This document shows positions 1 through 12,500 of a stretch of DNA of 64,000 nt, in pieces; the first letter of the stretch is position 1; each line of letters begins with the position of its first letter. The notes under the pieces are model-generated. The model had not been told where the DNA came from. It ran no database searches and was given only the letters and a program-made list of their open reading frames with translations. The stretch lies in assembly GCF_964355755.1 (NCBI RefSeq), contig NC_092676.1, positions 19,238,871-19,302,870 on the forward strand, in the 5' to 3' direction. The position numbers and the translations under genes are program-made. The DNA comes from Antedon mediterranea (taxonomy: Eukaryota; Animalia; Echinodermata).

Positions 1-425
1 GTGTTACCATGCTTACATACCTTAAAACCACAAACTGGCGAATTGGTTACATCGGCCATTTTTGCGACATAAAACATTCACAAATTAAAAAAATACAAGT
101 AATTACTGCAACAATATCGTGTATGCTCGACCTTTGTGTTATAAAGACACTAATACATAAGCTATTGTATACAGTAGTAGGCCTACAGTACTCGCGAAAG
201 TTTAGTGCTGGCGAAAGTTTCTGGTTTTACAGTATGCAAGCATGGTAACAGAGGAATTACATACATATCAATGAATTACATTATAGACAGAATACTTAAA
301 TATAATGGATGAATTAGTTCCATATTTATACAGATCACTTCCATATACAAGTAAATTAGTTCATATATGGGTGAACTTGATCCATATATAAGCAGATTAC
401 CTCCATATATGGATGTATTACTTAC

Positions 426-563
426 ATATATGAAAGAATTGTCATCTAGCTTAGGAACACCTGGCAAGTTGCTGGAGTAATTGTCATGTTTTACAGTTTC
501 TACTTCTTTTAGGTCGATTGTCCCTTTACAAGTTTCCTCGTCTTCTGGGTCATAGTAACGAAG
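426..563 (-). CDS. SBF2: SBF exon 37 (PH; LRYYD...[10 protein letters not shown])
   Basis: 138 nt, TAG/GTAAGT; final PH exon lies left of position 1. Confidence 0.92.
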
Positions 564-3500
564 CTATAATGAAACAAGTAGTAAAGCACGTCTATAAACA
601 ATTGCCTTATAATTGATTTTGAACAGTTGCTACTTCTTGTGCGTTACATTGTTACATTGTATTTAAAAAATCCTTTTTAAAGTTTTTATGTTTTACTGCA
701 TATGTAAAGAATCATTCTATTTGTATGTCAAATATGAACAGTAGAACTTGTAATGGGACACATTTAGGACCAAAAAGCCTCCCCTTAAAGGCCAGACGAG
801 CGGTAATGGTAATAAAAATATAGAATCTAAGTTATCCCTTATGACCACCATTTACACGTAGAGCGGACAGATGGTTTCCGTTAAGAATAGATAGATTCAA
901 CATGGGACAAGCTAAGCGGTTTGTCTAAGCGTCTGTGTATATTGGCCTTAATAGAGTGTCCCCTCTGAACAGGTGTTGGCAATAGTGTTGAAACATATAT
1001 TGCCTCTTGTTCATTTCATGGGAAAGTGTTATCTTTATAAAGGAGGGGGTACTGTTTTCTTTATTGTGAAAAAATGTGATACAAAAATAAGGCATACCTG
1101 GTGCTTGTTGGGATCTAACTTGAAGTACCTTTGTTTCCATTGACGTAACCTAGCGCCTCGCTTGTATAAATAACCTTTATGACTAACAATTTCAACAGCT
1201 TTAGCAGAAAAATACGTGGCTAGAAAAACAGACAAATAAATGCATTAATCTTGTTAAATTAATGTGAGCAAACTCATGTACAGTATACGCATACGTATCC
1301 GTATCAGATATACGAATACGTTATTAAATACGGTATTGATGTCAAGCTACACAGAATGTGTGACTTGGACACAAATTTTACCCATACGTATACGGAGGTT
1401 GCCCAAAATTCTGATTATATTACACATAACATAGAGAGAGCTTTGATTTGTGATGACTGATGACCTAGGAAGAACAAAATATAGTAATTTTGACATTAGG
1501 AAATAAGTAAAACAAACATACTTTCCGTGTCGTTACTGACTGGTGCGGTGATTTTGTTATCTTCTGTCTGTTTATTACTTTGATTAGTTGGTTCTTTTGA
1601 TGAACCTCGTCGTAAACATTGCTTTGGTACTGAATTGACACATTTTTCATGACAACTAAAACCACAATCTGCACATATCATCCCTGTAAAAAATTACAAG
1701 AAAATGTTATTAGTGTCAAAATTAGGTAATATTCTTACATTTACATTGAAGACACACCATATATTATGTGAGAAAGTTATTGAGAAACATGAATGCCTCA
1801 TTGTCTAAAGCTCTGTCTACACTATTAAACTTTATGCATGTCAACGACCTACTGGTTCCTTGATAATGATGAATTATATCGATTCACAGTGTTTTGTCTT
1901 TTAGAGATCCATACAGTAAAGCACCTGCTATTATTTTTTACCCCAGCTCTGTCTCTTCTCTTCTCTTGAAGTATATTGCTAATTATTTTCAAATCGCTTA
2001 ATTTATTATTTAATTAATGTATTGTAAAGTTTTCCTTTGTTGCCAAAATTTAACAAATAAAATCTTGAAAAGTATCCAGTTTATAACTGATAAATTATTT
2101 AAAATTAATATATATGAACAAAGAAATGCTTATATATGGACATGATGATGTCATATCACTACCATAATTGGGCATATCATTACCATATTTGGGAACATCA
2201 CACTTTTTTGTCAAACTAGTTTGATAGTGTGAACATAGCTTCAGACAGCTTTTTATAAGTGTACATAGGGAGGGTTTTAAGTGAATGAGTTCTTACCGGA
2301 TCCCTGAGTCATGTAGTTCCAGATCACCTGGTGGCAAGCATCACAATTGGTGGGTTCCTGGAAGTCATGTGACTCAAATCGGTGGTGGGATGCAAAACCG
2401 CGAGGAGACTCTCCTCCACTCTTACCCTTTGAATAAAAAAACAAATATAGTTTAAATGACACTAGTTGTTAAGCTCTATGCTTGTATCTATAGGCAAGAC
2501 ACTTATGTTTACTTATGTTTGCCTCTCTCAACCCAGGTGTAGGGTACCCAGTTTGGTCAAGATACAACTTTGCGCTGATTACTAGGCTGCATCATAGGAG
2601 TATGTTTCCACATGTTTGATCTAAAAAATGACGGGAGTAATAATATGAAGCATTTAAAGCATTGTGCTATAAAGCACTATAAGAACAAATATTATCTACA
2701 CTATCAAACTTTATTTGTCACAGACCAATGAGAAACATTCGCAACGTTGATGTTTTGACATGGATCTTAAACCAATAACTTTACTTTATAAAAAATGTGA
2801 TGTGCCCATATATGGACACGATAACATATCACTACCATATTTGGGCACATCACACTATTTTTATTAAACTAGTTTGATAGTATAGACATAGCTGTAGGGC
2901 ATTTCCGAATGAAAAAAAATCAAAATTGGAATGAAGTATTTACCCTGATTAAGATGTCCATGGTTATCCGCTTGTGGATTGACGTTCCATGGGCTTTGGC
3001 TTCCTCTGTCACGGGTGATACTAACTTTCCTTTTGATTGCATCGACTCATTAAAACTCTCAATAATTGTCTTCCAGGACGATGGTTTATCGATGCTAAGG
3101 TCTGTTTCCAACTGAATTATTTCCTGAAATGGAAAAAACATATTCTGAGCGTAAGACTAAACGACAAATAAGTATTAAGATTAAAGGTAACTTGATTCAA
3201 CTATATATTCCGTATCTTTATTCAATCATATAAGCATATCCATAAAAAAATACATTTCAGCATAAAACGGTGAATTGTAGTATTTGTATAAAAATAATTA
3301 ATATTATAGATAAATTAATACACAGATGGTAATGAAGCATACAGTAGCTAACATCTACGCATTTTTATACAGCCATTTGTGTTGTGATAGTTTCCATCTC
3401 TTTCACAAAATGTGTATGGTTGTGCAAAATATCTACACATGTTTATAAACCCATTGGTGCATTGTTATAGCTTCCATTCCTTTTACAATCCCCAGATGAT

Positions 3501-6500
3501 TAACATGGGAATCGTACATCTAAAAAGTACAACTTACATTCAACAGCCATCGTTGCATATCTGGATCAGCCTGGGCAACGTTTTGATAGCATGCATTAAC
3601 AACGCATCTATCTGCAGGCGACAATGGCGCCTCGTTGTCTTCATTTCTTGCGGCATCAAATAACTCACAATCAAATGCAGGTCCGCAGCTAAGGTGCTCC
3701 ATTAGGTAATAATCCCAGATCTTCAAACTGGATATGTTGGCATATGGTCTTAGAACTCTTGTCTGAAATAATGAAATAGAACAATTTAAACATTTACAAT
3801 TCTTTTAAATTAAATTCACAATTCAACACATATTTACACATATATGTATATTGGTCTATTTTTTTTCCTCTTTTGTCATTCGTTTTCTTATTTTTTATCG
3901 TTCCTGTTGAGGTTCTCATGCATGTCAGCCTCGGATGTTATGAGTCAACCTCATTAAACAAAGTTTAATAAAAAAAAAATTAAGAATTAATTCCTCAAGT
4001 TATCAACAAAATCACTTTATGACTCATAGATAACAATAATGGTAAATTTGAATGTTTATTTCATTTGTTTATTCGACCAGCAAACAATAATAAACCATAT
4101 AACACATAAAAATGAAAGTGAGGGCAGCATAAGCAAAGTACATTGCTGTATCTCAAATGAGCCAGCATTTGTTCTTTGTATTTGTATTTGTTATGTTTTT
4201 GTATTATATGTTATTGGTGAATTCCTTTTGCTATTGGTTTGGGTTTTAAAATAAAAATAAAATCAAATTTGTATTAGATATAAAAAAAAAAATTACAATT
4301 ACAATGTTCTAATAAAAAATAACATACTTGTGCCTCTTCTGAGTAGAAAACGTTGTAGAAGATGGTAGACTTGTTATTTAGTTTATCAACATACTCCCAG
4401 AATGACCTTACACTAGGAGTTGTTCCGTTATCATTATCTCCCATCTCATCTATCCTGCTCATCCGTGGCCTGTCATCACTAATTACTTGATCTAAATATT
4501 TAAAACAGTTTAGTTATAGTTCATGTTCATCTCATTGGGAAATATGGTCACCTTTATGATCTACATTTTAGTGAAACGTGTGGTTTACAAAAGTGATTTA
4601 ACTGGTTACAACACAGTGATAAATGACAGGGGTTAAAAATGGAGAAGAACATCAGAGCAAGGTATTCTAACAACAGGATGCTGAGCTTCTGAGATCAAAT
4701 AGTTTATCTGTGGCTGCGACACAGTTCCATGCCCCTTAACAGAAACCTTATCTTGTTCACTGTGGATAATATGTACATATAGTACAGTACTGTTGGTATT
4801 TTTGACAGCCAGACATAAGATCAAAGGACTGTTACAAAGTCCTATCTTGGCAAGGCGAGCTCAGTCCCCTGTTGTTAGATTGCCTTGATCAAAGTAACCA
4901 ACACTTATTCGGAAATATGTCTTAGGTTCAATTAAGAACACAAAGCTTAAAACTGGTAATTTCAGAAAAACAAGAACTATTGTCAAATAATATCTCAAAC
5001 CTGTGCTGATATTATGGCTACAATGTGTACACATTTTAAATTTTGTTTTACTAGAAAACAAATAACAGTATATATGAAAAAAATCAAGATCAAATAAGTT
5101 AAAACTGCCTCAATATAGATTTATTTTAACGACATGTTTCGGGCATAGCCCATCATCAGGTGAAAAGAATTGTAACAAAGGATAACATATATAAGTCACA
5201 AAATTACATAATAAAACAAATCAGCCAATCAAAGATGTTAACAAACAAAAGGCATAGTTATAAAGGCACGCCTCCAAAAGCTATGGAGGCGTGCCTTTAT
5301 AACTATGCCTCCCGCTTGCTAACATCTTTGACTGGCCGATTTGTTCTATTATGCAATTTTGTGACTTATACATGCCATCCTTTGTTACAACTCCCCTCAC
5401 CTGATGATGGGCCATGCCCAAAACATGTCGTTAAAATAAATCCATATTGAGGCAGTCCTAACTTATTCGATCTTGATTCCCCTCTACATCCTGCCTATGC
5501 AGCTCTTTGACTTATATATATATATATATATATATAAATCAAAGAGCCGCACAGGCAGGATATAGAAAAAAATCAAGATCAAATAAGTTAAAACTGCCTC
5601 AATATAGATTCATTTCAACGACATGCTTCGGGCACAGCCCATCATCAGGTGAAAAGAATTGTAACAAAGGACAACATATATAAGTCACAAAACCACATAA
5701 TAAAACAAATCAGCCAATCAAAGATGTTAACAAACAAAAGGCACAGTTATAAAGGCACGCCTCCAAAAGCTATGGTGTACAAAGCAGGAATGGTTGCTTA
5801 TAAAGCAGGAAATTTAAAACAAAGTTAAACTGCCTCAATATAGATTTATTTTAACGACATGTTTTATACTGTTATTTGTTTTCTAGTAAAACAAAATTTA
5901 AAATGTGTACACATGCCCGAAACATGTCGTTAAAATAAATCTATATTGAGGCAGTTTTAACTTATTTGATCTTGATTTTTTTCTATATCCTGCCTATGCA
6001 GCTCTTTGATTTATATATATAACAGTATATATGTATATATATAAATAGTATTTTTCTATTATTTGTGTTGTTTTTATTTAGCACAACAAAAATCAACAAA
6101 ATTAAATCACAAAAACAAAAGACAAACATGCCGTTAGTATAACAAGCAACAGTACTTACATAATTCTGTTAATTCCAATGTTCACCGAAGTAAAAGATGA
6201 AGAGAAGAAAAAAGGAAAATGATGAACGTTACACAAATGAAAGCTAGTAATAAATATATATTATATTAAAAATATGGAATACAGTGTGAAAGCAATGTGC
6301 CAGTGATTACGTGAAAGATAAGTGTTCTTCGTATAACAATTAGTTGGTACATCAGGACATTTGTTTTCAAATGATAAATAAATAAAACAATTATTATTTA
6401 TTTGCAAGTATATTTTTTCTTCAATTTTTTCAATTTCTTCAATGTCATGGCAGTTGATTGGATAAAACCTAATGTACAATGCAACATAGCTCAAGCAACC

Positions 6501-9500
6501 TCTGAGGTATTACATTTTTTTAATTTATTTACTATTTATCTATCTTATCTTGAATGTCCAAAAGGAAGAGGTATACTAACCATGTATTTAATGAGAAATT
6601 GTTTTTATATTTATATATCTTAAAAAACAGAACGTTACATAAATACTGGTTCTTTCAGGTACCCCATTATTTATTTTCACAAAATCAAAATGTAAAAAAA
6701 AAAAAACTTTTTGTTGTAGTTAATCAATCTGCTAAAATATCGAAATGAAAATAAAGCTTTAGAAACGGTGAGATGCAGAATATAGCATAGCAAAACAGTG
6801 CCAAGCTTATATCATTCAAAACAAATGTAAATGTGTATTTAAATATTAACCAAATAAGAAATGATGAGTGTATGGAATATACAAAACATGCTTGCCAAAA
6901 AAGCATGCTATTTTTTTTGCAAGCAAATTTCATGCGAGTGTTAACAAACCTGTATTATCATAATCGGTAACTTGGATGGACACGCCACAATCTCTACTAC
7001 TATCGTCCACAATCAAACTCTCTAACAACCCCAAAGAGAAGGACGACCAATATATTATTTATTCTTAAGCTCTGTCTACACTATCAAGCTTTATGTGACA
7101 AAAAAAATGTGATGTGCCCATATATGGACATGATGATGTCATATCACTACCATGTTTGGGGATATCATTACCATATTTGGGCACATCACTTTTTTGTCAA
7201 ACTAGTTTAGTTCAGGTTTTTGTTTTTAAATACATGCATATGGTTATTATATAGCAAAGGGTATAGAAAATAAATAAAGTAAATATACAGCAGAACCACC
7301 CTATTAAGGGGACACCTTTTGGACCAATCCAAGTAGGGGTGTAATCCAAATAGAGGTTCCTCCCAAATATGAGTTGGGTGTAGTGTTAAAACATATATTC
7401 CATCTAATTTCTTTCATTGGAAAGTGTCCCCTTAGAAGGGGTATACCCTGAATAGGAGGGTTCCAAATGAGGGATATAAGGTTTAAGCTTAAATAACCCC
7501 CTTCAACCGATTCCTCCACCTATACTTTTGAAAACACCCCAGCCCGCCTAAGTAATTCTATAACACACGCATGCAATATAAGTGGAATAATTCAAAATAG
7601 TTTGGATGAAACAAATGCTATAGGATAGAATATAATACTAATAAACACTACTTAGAAAAACTTGTTTGTATGCAATGGTTTTATAGCATGCACATAGTAA
7701 TTTTAAATATTTCTCCGCCTGTTAATTAAAGCAGCATTTTATTTTATTTATTTTTCCACACTAACGGAAATAGTTTACTAATATTGTATTAATATCTATA
7801 TATGGTAGTGAAAATAGGAAAAGGCAAAACCTGCAGCTATAATAGTGTAAAGATACCCAAGTGTGAATACAGCTTTAGGTGGATACTCTAGGAAATTTAC
7901 ATTTTTTAAATTAAGTAAAGTAACATCAAGTATTTTATTCAAGTATGAAAATAACAATAAAAGTACAAAATTTGACTTATTTTTATTAGATAAAACAATG
8001 GAGTTAGACTTACCGACTTCAAACCGTTCGTACTCGGAATCTAACATGAACGTCTTAAAGCGATTTGATACGTGGTGGTAGGCTAGCATTTGTAAGAAGT
8101 GCTGGTTGAATTCAAAGGACAGGGGAAACTGACGATGCACCTATAAGACAAAAAGTCGGTTGTAAGATTTTAAATTGAGCTAGTAAAAAAGTGGTTATTT
8201 TTTTCAAAAGAGGACATTATTTTATATTAGTGATAACTAATAAATTACGTTAATGTTCACGACAGTTGAACCGTAATTATGTAGCCATAACATCGGCAAG
8301 GGTTCGAGGCTCACTAGCTCCATGGTTTTGGTGGTTGAACGATTCTCGGATAAGGACTATAAACGGGTCCAGTGTACACATCTAACTCATGTGCACTTTA
8401 AAGAACCTAGTACATCTTTCGAGACGCGTAGGGGTTAACCCGGTGTACTAGTACACACACAGTCACTAAGTCACTCACAGCCACTGATCATAACTGGGTA
8501 CTTTGGGAGACCAATCTTTGACTGAAGAGGTTACCAATTATAAATAAATAAAATACCCACATACAAAAATTAGAAAAATAAAAACGTGTGAAAGCGTATT
8601 TGTTACATTTGCTTAATTATTATAGCTTATTCAATTTGTATTCTTGGCAGAAAAAATGCTATAATTTACATATAAACATATAGAATATTTAAATATACAA
8701 AGATCTGAGCCTGTGAATCTGGTTTACCTGATAAACACAGTCAAGAAACTGTAGGAAAACTGGTGCGAATCCACTAGTTTGATGCTGTAACGTGTGGTTT
8801 CCACGATGCGTGAAACGATGACCAAACGCAAGCCATTCCTTCTCAATGAGTACTTTAAAGCCCTCAAAGGTACGGTAGTAAGGATCCATTAGCAACTCTG
8901 CTAAAGACACCACCTGTAGAAAGAAATTCAAAATTGGAATTTAAAAGTGGCTAGTCTATCAATTACACATGCACAGTAACAACTTGGGAAATCTTTGAAC
9001 AAAAAACAGGTGAGTTTTTCTCATGCGATTTCCCACAAAATTGTCTTCACAATATGCAAACCTGGTTACAAATTGTTACAAGTTGTTACTTTTTGCAGAT
9101 GTGAAAAGCGTATTATATAGTTGCATTGAACTGAAAGTAATGTAATAATGATTTAAATAAATATCGCCTTTTTAAAGAGGTTAACTTTTTACTGTAATGT
9201 CTCTTCTATACAAAGATTATCTCTCTATCCATGGATTATCTCTTTTCAATAAGTGATCTTACATGATCAGATTTCTTCTTTCACGGTTCTCTTTACGTAA
9301 CTACAATAATAATTTGAGAATGGTACCTGGAAAAAACATTTTTCCAAATTTTCGAGCACCATCTAAACTAACCTGTGTTGTGAAATCACATCCATCTTCA
9401 AAACTGACCATGACAGAGGAACCTTGAAAATCAATTAGGTCTACCACAGCGCCTGCAAGTTGCATTAATGTTTGAATCTGAACAAAAGAAAATTGAAGAC

Positions 9501-12500
9501 ATGTCCCAGGATGTTGATAGAAATAACATATAAATCAACGAAGATTGAGATTTCTGGGTACACTATCAAACTAGTGTAATGTGCCCAAATATGGTGGTGA
9601 TATGCCTAAATATGGTAGTGATATGACATCATGATGTCCCTATATTGGCACATCAAATTTTTTTGTCACATAAAGTTTGATAGTGTAGACAGTGCTTAAA
9701 TGGAGATTTCTGGGTATATTCTTTAGTCAGGAAGACTAAAAATAAAATTGCCTATTTTATAGACAGAAATTCCACAAATTAAATTCAAAGGAAGCAAGAA
9801 AAACACTTCCCACCAAAAAAACTTAGAAAGAATATGAATATAATATGAAAAACTGGAGGAGCCTGGTCAATGAATTAGGCAGAGCAGGCAGCAGATGTAG
9901 CAGAGAATTCTTGGCAAAACAACATTAAATCTGTCATTTAAACAGATCATCTACATTAACATAAAACCTTGAAATAAAGCCCATGGGCTTTCTTTTGAGG
10001 TTTTACCGTACATTACGCACCTGTGGCAACCACTCTGAATCTTCGACAAGTTTAAGGAAAGCCATCTCAGGTTCATTGGATGTAGCACTTGGAACACAAG
10101 CCTTCATTAACTTCTTATAGCTAGCTTTCATCTGACGTACTTCAGTGAACTCATATGGAATGAACTCACACTTAATTCCTTCAATCTTAAATGTCTGTAA
10201 TAATTAGTAATAGATGATTATTAAATAATTAGTAATAGATGATTAATAATTACATCATTGTGGTTTTCTTTCCAAAATATTATGATTTTGAGAAAGTTTC
10301 TGGTCTTTTTTGTTGACTACAATAGAATCCATATTTCATAGTGTCGGCTTTAAAGGTATATAAGTTAGTTTGAAATGTGCCAAGTAAAATGTTTGTGTGT
10401 CTTTATAGTTACTACACTAACATCTGCCAAAGATTAATTGATGGTTTTCTTGACTTTAATAATGACAAAAAAAAACTATTTGCAATATAAAATGGAAAAA
10501 AATGTTTTCTCTCGTGTTTATATAATGGACATTTTAAAATAAAATGAAAGACATCGTCTATTCCGCTAAACTACACATTCAAACAACAAGTTTCACAGGA
10601 AAGTTTCACCTCAATACGGTGTCTCAAAAAAGGTGTTCTTTTCTATCAAAATATTTTACTTACTTTACTTATGCTTTAGATTTTTCTTACATAACTCTAT
10701 TTACTGTCTCAAAGATAAATTTGGTGACTGGACTTGTTTTATACCAGACGTACTAATCTATTTTAATTTTGAAACAACTTTGATGAGAGCTTGAGGTACT
10801 TACCCTCATCTGTGACTTCTCTCCAAACACATACATAGAAGCTTTCCGTGATTCTTGTGACTTGCTCTGGTCTGCATCTGGAATTCCACCATTGCGGTTC
10901 ACTGAACGGTGTCCAAGAGTAAGAGATTTAAAAGAGGCTCTTGAGGGCAGTACCAGAGTGTTTGAACGACCGCTTGACCTTAAATTTCCTGAGCAACCAA
11001 CGAGAGCAAAGCAGAGCTTGAGATTGTGGTGGAAGTATCAGAACCGTTTGATACTTGGACACCAAAGTTGAATTTTAATAAAGCTTTCTTTTTTTGTGAT
11101 TTTGATTGATTGTGGTGAGTTATATGTTTACCAAGGCAGTGATGATAGTGATGTGATCCTAATAATTTGATTTAAGAAAAAATTCTTTCTTCTATTTTGA
11201 CTAAAAGAAACATCAAGGTACTTTGTTGCTTATGACTTTCTTCATATATTATATATTCATATATTGTTTTGACAGTACACCGTCTTAAAGTACAGTTGAC
11301 TAGAACAACTTTCATCTCTACTAAGTGTGCCAAATAGCTACCACCAAACAGTGCTCATTTGTCTGTCCACAAGATGGACCAGCACATCAGGGTTATTCCC
11401 CACTCTTTTGAAAAAAGAACTGGGTTTAGAAGAGCACATTATTCCTTATCCAAGAAGACTTGTTCTATCTACTAGAACTATGGTCGTCGAGGTCAGTTTT
11501 ATGGATAAGGCCTGTTCTAATTTTACATGTACTGAATAAAGGCATTTAATTTGTATGGGTTCTATGGAAATTGGTGTTATATCAAAGCTTAAGCACCTAT
11601 TCATGACTACATTTGTTCTTTCTAAACAGATTGGTGTGTGGTATAGTTACATACATGTAATAATTAGTTTTTTTTAAATTTAAATTCATTTTTAAATATT
11701 ATTTTAGTTTCAAAGTGACTCCTAGCTCAAACATATCCGAGGAAGAATGAGCGTATAATTTATCATTTAAAACAAGTAAAAACCATTATCTAGACTTTGA
11801 AATACATTTTAGATGGAGAATATATCCCAACAAATTTGCCTTAAAATCATCTTAAATCATCAATATTATAATTTGAATGATTTTAAATGTTGTATATGAC
11901 CACAAATTTTGGGAAACATATGTGATTATACTTGGATTGTATTAAGTAAGTATTTACCAAAGTCCTGTTTCTGAATTTAGCTTAGGTTAGTCTTTATGTG
12001 TTTGTTGTCATAATTGGTCATATTAAACAAATCTCAGTTGTATTATGTGGAAGTGAATATTTGTAATAACACACTGCCCTGTTATGATTTTAAAATGTTG
12101 AGAGCTGTAAAAGCAAAAGATGTAAACATTGCAAATACTCTTAAAAAATCAGAATGTTCAAAGCTTCTGATCTATTGAAATAAAGCATGAATATGTGGCA
12201 TAAAAATTTTAACACTCATTATTTGAACAAAAGCATGAAAAACCAGAGTGAGAGACATTTTATCCACTAAAATTTTTAACTAACTATTTGTGCTTGTTAT
12301 AAATCCATAATAGGTTATTATTATTCTATAAAGCTATCGTCACCATTATGTGCAGCACCTGGAATACTATTATGCTAATTAGTATCCAACACCTGTTTTT
12401 GTGTGTTAAATGATAATTACCCACATATTTATATCTATGCTACCATTTTAACCCTTTTACAACATAAATTGATTATATCCCTTAAGTCTTCACATAAAAC

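Noticed and set aside
5160-5450. 96-aa ORF across the inverted repeat
   Set aside because: Spans the junction of the repeat arms; no protein motifs
6398-6468. Possible alternative terminal exon giving a polybasic tail ([23 protein letters not shown])
   Set aside because: Weak acceptor; Lys richness is explained by A-rich low-complexity sequence
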